Below, piece by piece: positions 49,452-59,538 of a stretch of DNA of 64,000 nucleotides. Every line of letters starts with the position of its first letter. Position 1 is the first letter of the stretch. The DNA is taken from positions 1-64,000 of the forward strand of contig JAEOTR010000048.1 of assembly GCA_016839705.1 (NCBI GenBank). Direction: 5' to 3'. The stretch is from Promethearchaeota archaeon. GTDB taxonomy: Archaea > Asgardarchaeota > Lokiarchaeia > Sigyniarchaeales > SOKP01. Position numbers and translations under genes: made by a program. The notes beneath the pieces were generated by a model. It saw nothing but the letters and a program-made list of their open reading frames with translations, ran no database searches and was not told the origin of the DNA.

Positions 49452-49724
49452 TTGTACATTATGGAGTTAGAAATAGCAGTATTGTTTATTTTTTTCATTA
49501 TTCTAATTCTCTGGGAAATCAAGGCTGATTTTGTATTACTAATATTTGGATTTGCTGCCTATTTATTCCTTTTATTCTATATCGGATCATCCGATCCTTT
49601 AGGAAGTATTATTTCAATAATAGACTTTCTTATCTTTAATCCATTGGGATTATTATTATTGATAGTTCCCTTAGGATTATTCGGTGTATACAAATATAGT
49701 AAAAGAAAAAATAATAATGTCTGA
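49452..49724 (+). CDS. Small membrane protein
   Basis: Three hydrophobic segments and a basic tail. Confidence 0.6.
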   Translation: MYIMELEIAVLFIFFIILILWEIKADFVLLIFGFAAYLFLLFYIGSSDPLGSIISIIDFLIFNPLGLLLLIVPLGLFGVYKYSKRKNNNV

Positions 49725-49765
49725 GAATATAATCTCTCCTTAAATTTCAGCTATTTTGTGTAAAA

Positions 49766-51397
49766 TTATTCTAGTTTTTGTATTTTCCTTAAGCCAAGAA
49801 GTATTATTAAGAATGAGAATCCTGATGTAATGGCTAAATTAATTAGGAGAATATACATTAGTCCTAAGGAATTATTCATTGTTTCTGGAGCAAATGGTAT
49901 AAAAATAATAAGTGCTAGAAAAAAAGACACTACCTGTAAAAGAATTACAAAATAGCTGATTAAATAGGCATGTTTACCCCGTTCTTCGAATAAGGGATTA
50001 AAGCATTGTACTCCAATTGCTTGTAATTGAATTACAAAACAATATACCATAAAGGTAATAAAAAAGATTAGTGAATAGATTATTTCTAAATGAAATAGTA
50101 ACGTGAAAATGAATGTAAGGAGGATATTTAAAATCAATATCAAATAAAAAACTTCATAGATATAAGAATAGACAAGTGCTTTTACTCCTCTTGGAGTACT
50201 TTTGTATTGGAATACTATTTGTTTGGAATCAATAAAAATATGTAACCCCATTAATACACCAAATAATAACCCCCCAACCCATGATACAATAATTACGACT
50301 AATAGTTTAAGGTTTAGAATATCATAACCTGCTAAAGTAGGATTTTCAAGAGAGAAAATTATTATTACGCCAATAACAGAAATTAGTGCCCCGATATAAA
50401 TTATTTTAAAAAGATTCTCTTTTTTCCTTAAAAATTGCTTAAACTGTGTAGTTATTAATCCTCTCCACTTCTGAGGAGTAATTTTTCTTATTAATTTATA
50501 GAATCTTCCTTCTTTTTTATTAATAAAAACCTCATTTTCAGTGTATCCTTCAAGAGTGTAAAACGTATCTGCCTTTTTATACGAAAGATATAGGATTAAA
50601 AAAGGAATAATGATGCCTAAAGAAATATTCGCTATAACAAACACATAATTGGATAAAGCATTAAAAAGATTTAAGGATGGGTCAATTCCAAACAAGATTA
50701 CATTTGAATACCAAAAAGAAGGATATAACATTAACCACATTCTATATACTGGATTAGATAAAATAATATCAAAAAAAAACCGTAACATGTAAAACAACGC
50801 AATTACGATAATTGACAATAGGAGCAAGAAAGTCTTACCTAGATCTTTAGCAACTGTACTTTTGGTCATCTTATTTTCAAGCAAATTAGCTAGAATCAAC
50901 CCAATTAAGAAACTAAAAGCCAGTAGCATAAATAAACTTAAATAAATAACAATATATTGGAAAAAATTCAAAGTTTGTATTTGGTTCAATAAACTGATAA
51001 TAACAGGTCCAAATCCTAAAATAAGTAAAAAATAAAATATTAACTTTCCTAGAAATTCACCAAGAAAAATATCTCCAGGTTTGATGGGAGACGCTAATAA
51101 CATCTCGCTATGCCCTATTTCTGCCTTTCTATAAAGGTTATAAAGGGGATATATCAGAATAATTAAAAAAAAGGATGTAAAAAAATATTCTATAAATTTA
51201 ACTGAAATAGAGACATACTCACTTGGGATATCTTGGGCAATATTAGATATTATTATATCAAATGTACTTGGCCCTAAGTAAAATCCCCAATATAGAAAAA
51301 TGGCATATATTACTACCATAAATAATGCCCGATTTTTTCGATACCGATACGTCTTTAAACGAATTTCATGTTTTACAATTTTTTTCCAAAGGCTCAT
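49766..51397 (-). CDS. ABC-2-type permease-like multi-pass membrane protein
   Basis: EMLLASPIKPGDIFLGEFLGK; about 12-13 TM segments with duplicated architecture. Confidence 0.7.
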   Translation of the reverse strand: MSLWKKIVKHEIRLKTYRYRKNRALFMVVIYAIFLYWGFYLGPSTFDIIISNIAQDIPSEYVSISVKFIEYFFTSFFLIILIYPLYNLYRKAEIGHSEMLLASPIKPGDIFLGEFLGKLIFYFLLILGFGPVIISLLNQIQTLNFFQYIVIYLSLFMLLAFSFLIGLILANLLENKMTKSTVAKDLGKTFLLLLSIIVIALFYMLRFFFDIILSNPVYRMWLMLYPSFWYSNVILFGIDPSLNLFNALSNYVFVIANISLGIIIPFLILYLSYKKADTFYTLEGYTENEVFINKKEGRFYKLIRKITPQKWRGLITTQFKQFLRKKENLFKIIYIGALISVIGVIIIFSLENPTLAGYDILNLKLLVVIIVSWVGGLLFGVLMGLHIFIDSKQIVFQYKSTPRGVKALVYSYIYEVFYLILILNILLTFIFTLLFHLEIIYSLIFFITFMVYCFVIQLQAIGVQCFNPLFEERGKHAYLISYFVILLQVVSFFLALIIFIPFAPETMNNSLGLMYILLINLAITSGFSFLIILLGLRKIQKLE

Positions 51398-52758
51398 TGT
51401 GCTTTTTTAAATTTACCGATATGATCTCTTGAATCATAAAAACCTAATATACATATGGATATCAAACCTATTATCGTAAAAACAAAAATTATAAGAAATT
51501 CAATATCCCATCCTCTTACTGAAGTAATTAATATTTCTTTTATTACCTCTCCTGAGCCACCTTTAATTTTAACTTTTAATATATGTTCTCCATAAAGCTG
51601 ACTATCGATATCCCTTTCCCATAATGGATCACTAGCATTAATGTTTATTAATGGTGCCCATTTCGTAATTTGAGTTTCATTATTACTACTATAGAGAGAA
51701 AATTCAACGGAATTTATCCCGTTGGGATCCCAAGCTAAAACTCGTATTTTATTTTTACTTTGAATTATGGGAATTTCACTTGAAGGATATGTAATTATCC
51801 CTTGTGGCCATTTCCCCACATTTTCTATTGACATTGAGAGCTGGTTGTGATCTAAAGAAATTATTCTATAGGTGCCACCATTTAGGATAAAATTACTTGT
51901 AGTAATTGTGAGAAAGTTGTCTTCTTTATGAAAAGAATTAAAGTGTACGTGCCCAGATAAATAGTACGATACATCAAATTCTTCATTTAAATCAAAGAAG
52001 GTTTTACCGCTAGAGCTTAAGTTAGAGTTAATTAAGAAGGGTGGAGGATATTTATGAGGATGATGTCCAAAAACAAAAATTCTATTAAAATTTCGATATT
52101 TTTCTAATTCCTTCTCATACCAATCTAATTCCGTGGTGTTTAAAAACCCAAATAAAGCAAACTCGTACAGGTTATATAAATTTTTAGCAGTATTAATTCC
52201 TATGAATGCATAATTCCCAAATGAAAAAGACTTGTTAAATGAGTATTGTAAAGTATTGTAACTGCTCCCAATCATTGAATAGTTAAGATAATGATTATAT
52301 CCGGGATCATTTGCGGCATCATGATTCCCAACGAGATCAATGTATATTGATGAATTCATATTATTATCTTTTAAAGCCTTCTCATATAATTTCCATTCTT
52401 CTACGTCTTGTTGGGCGCCATTATTAGCATCAACTAAATCTCCAGTATTGTAGATGAAAAGAGGATCAATTGCTTGAAATGTTTCATTCAATAATTGATA
52501 AAAAAGAGCGATACTTTCATTCGCAGACCAGATAAACTGAGTGTCTGTGATATGTATAAACCAAAATAGTTCCTGCTCACTATAATCTATACTACCTTGA
52601 TTTGATGTTTTATATTTGTCAAAACTTGAATTATGGGAATTTTGTGAAATAAAATTAATATCTGAAACAAGATACGGAGATAATATCAAAAATAAATCTA
52701 TTCCGTTAAATATTAAGATGAAAATTATGATAAATCTTAAATTCTTTTTCTTTTTCAT
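51394..52758 (-). CDS. Membrane-anchored metallophosphoesterase, TMEM62-like
   Basis: HITDTQ, TGDLVD, GNHD, FGHHP, SGHVH; then YRIISLDH...GKWP..IITYP...IRVLA; TM segments at both termini. Confidence 0.85.
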   Translation of the reverse strand: MKKKKNLRFIIIFILIFNGIDLFLILSPYLVSDINFISQNSHNSSFDKYKTSNQGSIDYSEQELFWFIHITDTQFIWSANESIALFYQLLNETFQAIDPLFIYNTGDLVDANNGAQQDVEEWKLYEKALKDNNMNSSIYIDLVGNHDAANDPGYNHYLNYSMIGSSYNTLQYSFNKSFSFGNYAFIGINTAKNLYNLYEFALFGFLNTTELDWYEKELEKYRNFNRIFVFGHHPHKYPPPFLINSNLSSSGKTFFDLNEEFDVSYYLSGHVHFNSFHKEDNFLTITTSNFILNGGTYRIISLDHNQLSMSIENVGKWPQGIITYPSSEIPIIQSKNKIRVLAWDPNGINSVEFSLYSSNNETQITKWAPLININASDPLWERDIDSQLYGEHILKVKIKGGSGEVIKEILITSVRGWDIEFLIIFVFTIIGLISICILGFYDSRDHIGKFKKAQ

Positions 52759-53168
52759 TTTGTGGATTTATTTATATTAAGCAACTTATATCTTAAAGGC
52801 TTAATTTGAATTTTGGTATAAATAGTTAATTAATTTTTAAAAATTCTTTGTAGGCTATGTTACAAATAAAAAATTTGGTTGATGAAGAATAATAAAATGA
52901 ATAAAAAGATATAGTATACATTTTAATCAAAGAAATTACCATAATATAATCCAAAATAGCTTCAATATAATTTTATTAATAATCATCTATGCTTAGAAAC
53001 TTTATTTATTGAATAAACTTATGTTCCAATTCTAATAAAAAATTTTATAAATTAGGTTTACCTAAATAAATATGTATAATAAATTTTTAATGCATTTCAC
53101 CATACAATATTATTAAAAATGTTAGAAATGAGTATTTTAAATTCAACAGAATCTGATGAGGATGGCAT

Positions 53169-53723
53169 ATGGAGTCTCAAGATTCTAAAGGAAAAATTAT
53201 CAAGGAAACCTTTCCTTCAGAAATTATTTCTATCGTTGGCGATATCCTCGCAGGAATAATCCTATCCTTTTTAATAATACGTTTTGCTAGTTTTTTAGTT
53301 TTAATACTAATGATTCCGGCTCTATTGTCCCTAAGAGGTAATTTGAGTGGTCCGTTCATAGCTCGTACCTCTCGGGACTTAGTTATTGGTGCATTTTCTA
53401 AAAGGACTTGGTTCGAAAATGTTCTTGCTACCTATACCCTCGCTCTAATCACCGCAGTTTTTATAGGTATTTTCTCTATTATCTTTAATTTAACGATTTT
53501 TAAGTTAACTATTCTCCCCATTCAGTATTTCATTCTTATCCCGATAATATCAATTATTTTAACATTATCTATTTCAATTCCTTGTTCCGTAGGATTAAAT
53601 TATTTAGCTTTTAAAAAAGGATTAAATCCAAATAATGTCGTAAATCCCGTGATGACGGCTATTGACGATTTTTCTACAGTGTTATGCTTTTTTTTAACGA
53701 TTATAATGTTGGGGGTGCCATGA
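53169..53723 (+). CDS. MgtE/SLC41-type integral membrane domain protein (half 1)
   Basis: PALLSLRGN and NPNNVVNPVMTAIDD. Confidence 0.85.
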   Translation: MESQDSKGKIIKETFPSEIISIVGDILAGIILSFLIIRFASFLVLILMIPALLSLRGNLSGPFIARTSRDLVIGAFSKRTWFENVLATYTLALITAVFIGIFSIIFNLTIFKLTILPIQYFILIPIISIILTLSISIPCSVGLNYLAFKKGLNPNNVVNPVMTAIDDFSTVLCFFLTIIMLGVP

Positions 53724-54275
53724 TTGAAATACTTCTTAAAAATTTTCAAGGAATCGATAATAATTGTTATTATATCATCTTTAATGGGTTTAATCTCGGG
53801 AACATTACTATCTTTTAATGAAAATCTACTTTATACAGTTCCTATAATGCTCTTGATATTGCCTGCATTGAATTCTTTAATTGGGGATATTTCTACAGTT
53901 TTAGTTTCACGGTTAACAACTCATTTATACTTAGGAACCCTTCAACCTAAAGTTCAACGATCCGAAAGATTGAAAGAAGATTTTTATGGTTTGCTAATAA
54001 CTCTTTTGCTAAGCACAATAGTTTTAATTATTTTAGGATTTGTAGTCAGTCTGTCTTCAGGAATTCAAATTGTGAGCCCTTTTATAATTATCTTTATATT
54101 ATGTTTTACTATACTCTTAATTTTTGCTATAATGTTTATATTATCATTTGTTAGTGCGATAGTTTTATTCAAGCGAGGGATGGATCCAAATAATTTTCTT
54201 ATACCCTTTATTACATCGTTAGCTGATTTCCTTACTCCCCTTTTCTTAATTATATTCATATTAATATTTATCTAA
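53724..54275 (+). CDS. MgtE/SLC41-type integral membrane domain protein (half 2)
   Basis: PALNSLIGD, SRLTTHLYLG, DPNNFLIPFITSLAD; abuts the upstream stop codon. Confidence 0.85.
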   Translation: MKYFLKIFKESIIIVIISSLMGLISGTLLSFNENLLYTVPIMLLILPALNSLIGDISTVLVSRLTTHLYLGTLQPKVQRSERLKEDFYGLLITLLLSTIVLIILGFVVSLSSGIQIVSPFIIIFILCFTILLIFAIMFILSFVSAIVLFKRGMDPNNFLIPFITSLADFLTPLFLIIFILIFI

Positions 54276-54306
54276 AATTTTATATAAAATCAAATTTATA
54301 TGAAAC

Positions 54307-55572
54307 GTGAGTGAAGATTACAACATGACCAAGCAAAGTAAAAAATTCAAATATAAACCGCTTTCTCTAAAAGATATTATTAGAGAAATGAAACAAAATA
54401 TTGATTTAATGATTGATTTGGCATATAGCGCAATTAAATTCGGCAGCAAAGAATTAGCTGATGAAGCCTATAAAATGGAACAAAGAATTCATGAACTTAC
54501 TTTTTTGTTGAATTTTCAAATAATTCAAGCACATCCAGGAGGACTAAAAGATGCTAAACAGTTGGAACCTGTAGTCGTAATGGGTTATTCTATTGATAGA
54601 ATCTCTGATGCATTATCCGACATTGCAAGAACAGTTTATATCAATAGTGATATCTCATATTTTATTCAATTATTAACTGATATAAGTTATGTACCTGAAC
54701 CTATAGTTAATATTGTTGTAAATAAAAACTGCGACCTTATAGATCAATCGAGGAAAGAGATACATTTCAGATCAAAACATGGAGTTGATTTAATAGCAAT
54801 TAGAAGGAGAAATAACTGGCTTTTTGATAAAAATGAAAAAGTATTACTAAATGATATTTTAATTGTAAAAGGTGAAATTCAACCTATCATTGATTTGAAA
54901 AGACAATGTAATGATCAAGATCCCTTCTCCTTTGATATTGGATTACAGAAAAAAGAACCGATGTTTGATCTTGACAATCCTGATATCTGTGAAAAATTCG
55001 AAGAACTTCAGAAAAATTATGTTTTAATGACAGATATCTCAGAGACAATGATAGAATTAGCATTAGCAGCACTTTTCTTTAATAATGAAGAATTGGCAGA
55101 AGATATTTTAGAAATGGAAGAATTAATGGACGGACTAAACATAGCTTTTGAAAAAGATGTTCTAGATTTAGCGCAACTAGTTAAAATCCCTCGAAATCTT
55201 ACAGGGATTATGAGGATTATTTTTTCCTGCGAATTAATCGCGGATGCAGCAGCTCATATAGCAGAAAACATAATTAGGGGATTTGAACCTCATAGTATTT
55301 TACAGCAAGCTATCCGAGAAACTGCGGAGGTTGTAGTAAGAGAAACTCTTTCTGAAGACTCATATTTTAAAGATAAAACTTATAATGAATTACAAGATAG
55401 CCGATATAAACGAGGATTTCACATTATAGCCTTAAAAAGAGAAGATAAATGGATCTACAGTTTCAAACCAGAATTTGTACTTGAGGAAGGAGATCTTTTA
55501 ATCGGTTTAGGTCCCGAGGAAACTCTTTTAGAATGGAGAAGATGTGTCAATCCTGAGAAGTTTAAAGAATAA
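54307..55572 (+). CDS. Tandem PhoU + TrkA-C (RCK_C) domain protein
   Basis: Two copies of MIDLAYSA/MIELALAA helical bundles, each followed by IAIRR/IALKR...GD.L...G. Confidence 0.85.
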   Translation: MSEDYNMTKQSKKFKYKPLSLKDIIREMKQNIDLMIDLAYSAIKFGSKELADEAYKMEQRIHELTFLLNFQIIQAHPGGLKDAKQLEPVVVMGYSIDRISDALSDIARTVYINSDISYFIQLLTDISYVPEPIVNIVVNKNCDLIDQSRKEIHFRSKHGVDLIAIRRRNNWLFDKNEKVLLNDILIVKGEIQPIIDLKRQCNDQDPFSFDIGLQKKEPMFDLDNPDICEKFEELQKNYVLMTDISETMIELALAALFFNNEELAEDILEMEELMDGLNIAFEKDVLDLAQLVKIPRNLTGIMRIIFSCELIADAAAHIAENIIRGFEPHSILQQAIRETAEVVVRETLSEDSYFKDKTYNELQDSRYKRGFHIIALKREDKWIYSFKPEFVLEEGDLLIGLGPEETLLEWRRCVNPEKFKE

Positions 55573-55593
55573 GGCTTCTCTTGAATGTAATGA

Positions 55594-56001
55594 GTGATAG
55601 TATTTATGAATGATTTAATAGAAGTAAGGTTTATTTCTCCTAAAAAGGGAAAGGGAGTTTTTGCTAAAGAAGAAATTAAGAAAGGAGCTATTATTGATGT
55701 AGCACACGTCATTCCTTTACCAAATAAAGATTGGAAGAAAATAAGTAAAACCATTTTGTATAACTATTGCTATATCTGGGAGGATCCTAAACATAAATCA
55801 GAATTTACTAATGCGATTTCATTAAGTATTAGTCAATTTATCAACCATTCCTATAATCCAAATATTAAATATATTTATGATTATGATAATAACTGTATTG
55901 AATTTGAAGCATTACGTGATATTTTAGTGGGAGAAGAAATCCTTGTTAATTATAATGGGTTTGTTGATGATAAAAGTCCTGTCTGGTTTGATATAGAATG
56001 A
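55594..56001 (+). CDS. SET domain protein-lysine methyltransferase
   Basis: KGKGVFAKEEIKKG, FINHSYNPN, ALRDILVGEEILVNY. Confidence 0.92.
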   Translation: MIVFMNDLIEVRFISPKKGKGVFAKEEIKKGAIIDVAHVIPLPNKDWKKISKTILYNYCYIWEDPKHKSEFTNAISLSISQFINHSYNPNIKYIYDYDNNCIEFEALRDILVGEEILVNYNGFVDDKSPVWFDIE

Positions 56002-56005
56002 TATT

Positions 56006-56878
56006 TTAATTTTTCTTTCTTAAACTTTTTAGGGTTTTCAGATTCATTATATCTAGTTTATTATCATTTCCCTTAGGTGTTTCAAGTATACCTGGCATAT
56101 TTTGAAATCTTTCGTCATTAATGAAGAAGCCAAAAGGTTCCTTCCCTATTTTCCCTTGACCAATATGGGTATGTCTATCGACCCTAGAACCACAATCCTT
56201 ATCGGTATCATTTAAATGAAAAGCAAATAGATATTTTAAACCGATTAGATCATCAAACTCATTCCACATATCCTCAAATTTTTTCTTTGTTGTAAAATCA
56301 TAACCCGCTGCAAAGGAATGGGCTGTGTCAAAACAAATTCCAATTCTATTCTTATTTTGTATTCTACCAATTAATGTTTTAAGATGATGGAATTTATTAC
56401 CTAAACCTTTCCCTTGCCCTGCCGTGGTTTCAAGTAGTATAATTGCTTTTGAGGATTTAGTTGCATCCATTAATCGATTCAATTGATCAGCAATTTGACT
56501 TAATGCTTCTTCCTTGGTGATTTCCTTCTTATTAATGATGGGAATAACTCCAAGGTGCATGTTCTCGTATTCTATATTTAATTGATCAACTTTGGTGAGT
56601 TCATCAATCATGGCATTATAGGATTTTTCCAACTTTTCTTTATCTAAGGTAGCCAAATTGACTAAATATGAATTATGACTTATTACGGGCCAAATTTCAT
56701 CCTTAAATGCTTCCTTTGTATTAATAAAATCCTCAACCTCTTTCTGTTTTAAAGGTCCCGACGACCAACCACGTACGTTTCTAACAAAAACTTGAAATGT
56801 TTCGCATCTTAATTCTCTCGCCCTCCCAAAAGCCTTATATTTACCTCCTGAAACACTCATATGTGCGCCAATTCTCAC
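56006..56878 (-). CDS. nfo: Endonuclease IV
   Basis: IGAHMSVSGG, HNSYLVNLA, LLETTAGQG, CFDTAHSFAAGYD, HLND, DRHTHIGQG, ILETP. Confidence 0.96.
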   Translation of the reverse strand: MRIGAHMSVSGGKYKAFGRARELRCETFQVFVRNVRGWSSGPLKQKEVEDFINTKEAFKDEIWPVISHNSYLVNLATLDKEKLEKSYNAMIDELTKVDQLNIEYENMHLGVIPIINKKEITKEEALSQIADQLNRLMDATKSSKAIILLETTAGQGKGLGNKFHHLKTLIGRIQNKNRIGICFDTAHSFAAGYDFTTKKKFEDMWNEFDDLIGLKYLFAFHLNDTDKDCGSRVDRHTHIGQGKIGKEPFGFFINDERFQNMPGILETPKGNDNKLDIMNLKTLKSLRKKN

Positions 56879-57017
56879 TTTAATCTCCGAAGCAATTTTT
56901 ATTTTTTTAGATCTTATATATATTATACTTTATTTTCTTTTGTATCAATTAATCATATTAAACAGTTTTAGTTTTAACTATAGGATATATAAATGAGAAA
57001 AGAGTTATGTATGAAAT

Positions 57018-57542
57018 ATGAAAGACTTCTTAAATTATTGGAATGCATTATCTTTTGCATTTAATAAATACGGTAGTTTAAAACGAAAATCAAAAGATAT
57101 TCCTTATATCATCCATCCAATTCGAATTATCACGATGTTACGTGCAGTGGGATTCAATGAATTTGACCATGAAGATCTAATGATTGCTGCCTTGTTTCAT
57201 GATCTTCTTGAGGATACTGATACAGATTTAAAAGAAATTGAAGACAATTTTGGGAAAAAGGTTGGGGAAATTATTGTTGAACTCACAAAACCTGAAGGTG
57301 CAAAAGATCGCAAAAAAGATAATTGGATAAAAAATTTCGTAAATAAATCAATAGAAGCAAAAACCATCAAACTTGCTGATAGGATTGACAATCTTATGGA
57401 TATGAGAGATATTTGGGATGTAGAAAAACAGAGATCTTACATCGATCAAGCAAGAATTATACTAAAATCTTGTGGGGATGCTAATGAACAATTAGCGCAT
57501 AAATTAACTGAATTTATCAATGAAATATTAAGTAAATTGTAA
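57018..57542 (+). CDS. HD-domain hydrolase, Mesh1/SpoT-hydrolase-like
   Basis: RKSKDIPYIIHP, AALFHDLLEDT, IKLADRIDNL. Confidence 0.88.
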   Translation: MKDFLNYWNALSFAFNKYGSLKRKSKDIPYIIHPIRIITMLRAVGFNEFDHEDLMIAALFHDLLEDTDTDLKEIEDNFGKKVGEIIVELTKPEGAKDRKKDNWIKNFVNKSIEAKTIKLADRIDNLMDMRDIWDVEKQRSYIDQARIILKSCGDANEQLAHKLTEFINEILSKL

Positions 57543-57547
57543 AATAT

Positions 57548-59263
57548 TTACTCTAACTTATTCCAGAACTGGCTTAATTCTTCTTTTGTAAATGTAAATT
57601 TCAAACCTGTAGGTATGGAGGGTTCGGTTCTTAAGAATTCTGGTATATAATTTATTTCATGTGGTATTCCTGCTTTTTCATTAAATTCTAATTCAGTCTT
57701 TATAATTCTCTTCCCAATGTTAATCACATCTTCTCTGGTTAATTTTAAATTATACATTGCGTTTAATGCTCCTTTCACAATTTCCATATTCTCAAAACTC
57801 GGTCCTATGAAATAACAGCAGCCTAAAGAATCTAAAATAACTGTGTAAAGCTGCAATTCATATGATAAGTCTAGTTTTCCTTTATTCTCTGTGAGTTCAC
57901 CATAATCTTTTGTTTGGCTTGCAACTCTCCCAGCGATAGCAGCACCTGCAGTGTGATCTGCGCCCATAGGAGTTGTAGCATATGTTATACTCATAGCTTT
58001 AAAGACTCTTGGGTCATATCCGGAAATTCCTTGCCCTTTTACATGAGGAATTCTTTTGACATTGAGATCTTCTCCTAAGTGACATACACCATTTCCATAT
58101 TGCTTTCCTAGTTCAGATCCCTGTTTTATTTCTCCTAATGTTTCAAAAACTCTTTTCGCATCACCCCAGGGAACCTCACCAGCATCCATCGCAACTCCCA
58201 TAGTAACCCCCAATTCTATTGTATCAATACCTATATCATCGCATAAATGATCAATTTTTGCTATATCATCCAGATTATTAATGAGGAGGTTAGAACCATT
58301 AGCAAAAATTGTTTCATATTCAAGACTAGACGTTAAATGAACCCCATCCTCATCAACAAATATATTAGAACATTTAATAACACAGGTAGGACTACATGGA
58401 ACGCGTTTTTTCCCACCTCTAGCAGATACAAGCTCATGAAGTCTCTCTCCGGATATATCAATAGCATCATCAAAGGAACCCCTCTTAAAATTTTTGGTTG
58501 GCAAACCCCCATAAGCACTCATCCCCCTAACCATATTTGGAGTACCATAGATTGAAAAATTCTTCTTGGATTCTGCCAGTTCTTTGGCAAATGGTTTTGA
58601 GACTTCTCGAAATTTTTTTAAATCAAATATTCGGACTTCTGAATTTCTCCTAGGGAAAATAATGATTGCTTTAATCCTCTTTGATCCCATAACCGCACCT
58701 AGGCCCCCTCGAGCTGCATGACGACTTGGGTACCCTTCTAAATCGTTCACGGCAACACTGGCAGTCTTCATTAGATGCTCTCCAGCAGGACCAATTGAAT
58801 AAATTCCTATCCTATTTCCGTATTTTCTATATAACTCCTCATGAAGCTTGTAGTTGCCTAATTTTTCATACTCTTCAGCAGAATCAAATTTAATACCATC
58901 TTCATCAACAAATATCAATTTTATTGCTGATGATTTCCCTTCTAACACCAATGCTCTTATCCCATAAGAAGCCAGCATTATAGAAGCTCTACCACCTACG
59001 TTTGCTTCCTTTATTCCATTAGTTAACGGACTTTTTGCCCCAACTGAAGTACGACCAGAACAAGGAAAAGGACTCCCTGTTAGTAAACCATTAGCAAAAA
59101 TTAATTTGTTTTTTTCACCCAAGGGATCACATAATGGGGGAACTTCATCAGCAATAATTTTAGAGGATAAACCTCGCCCACCTAATAAAAAATATTTTGA
59201 ATCTTCTGAAATTTCTTCATAGATTGTTTCTTCTGTCTGTACATTAACTCGTGCGATTTTCAT
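57548..59263 (-). CDS. aor: Aldehyde:ferredoxin oxidoreductase family (tungstopterin)
   Basis: GAKSPLTNGIKEANVGG, IGPAGE, RGGLGAVMGSKRIKA, EYET, CDDIGIDTI, GADH. Confidence 0.93.
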   Translation of the reverse strand: MKIARVNVQTEETIYEEISEDSKYFLLGGRGLSSKIIADEVPPLCDPLGEKNKLIFANGLLTGSPFPCSGRTSVGAKSPLTNGIKEANVGGRASIMLASYGIRALVLEGKSSAIKLIFVDEDGIKFDSAEEYEKLGNYKLHEELYRKYGNRIGIYSIGPAGEHLMKTASVAVNDLEGYPSRHAARGGLGAVMGSKRIKAIIIFPRRNSEVRIFDLKKFREVSKPFAKELAESKKNFSIYGTPNMVRGMSAYGGLPTKNFKRGSFDDAIDISGERLHELVSARGGKKRVPCSPTCVIKCSNIFVDEDGVHLTSSLEYETIFANGSNLLINNLDDIAKIDHLCDDIGIDTIELGVTMGVAMDAGEVPWGDAKRVFETLGEIKQGSELGKQYGNGVCHLGEDLNVKRIPHVKGQGISGYDPRVFKAMSITYATTPMGADHTAGAAIAGRVASQTKDYGELTENKGKLDLSYELQLYTVILDSLGCCYFIGPSFENMEIVKGALNAMYNLKLTREDVINIGKRIIKTELEFNEKAGIPHEINYIPEFLRTEPSIPTGLKFTFTKEELSQFWNKLE

Positions 59264-59538
59264 GAAAATCCCTTTTAGAGAATTGATTAATTAAAAATTA
59301 TTTAGAAACCTTAAAACCATTAATGAAATTATTTTACTATCATTTAATTTTGTATAGTACTGTAAAAACAAATTAATAAAATTATATTTATTCTCTGAAA
59401 ATCATTATACCCAAGACATAGATTTAAATATACAACTAGACCATATATTCATATCACATCTTTTTATTAAAATCATAATAATGTGTAATTTTTCTAAGTT
59501 GCCCTATTCTTTTGTAATTTAATATTTTGTGAACAAAT

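Noticed and set aside
53140-53185. Possible riboswitch upstream of the MgtE-like genes
   Set aside because: No convincing paired stems or consensus; the GC-richer bases are mostly the start of the CDS.
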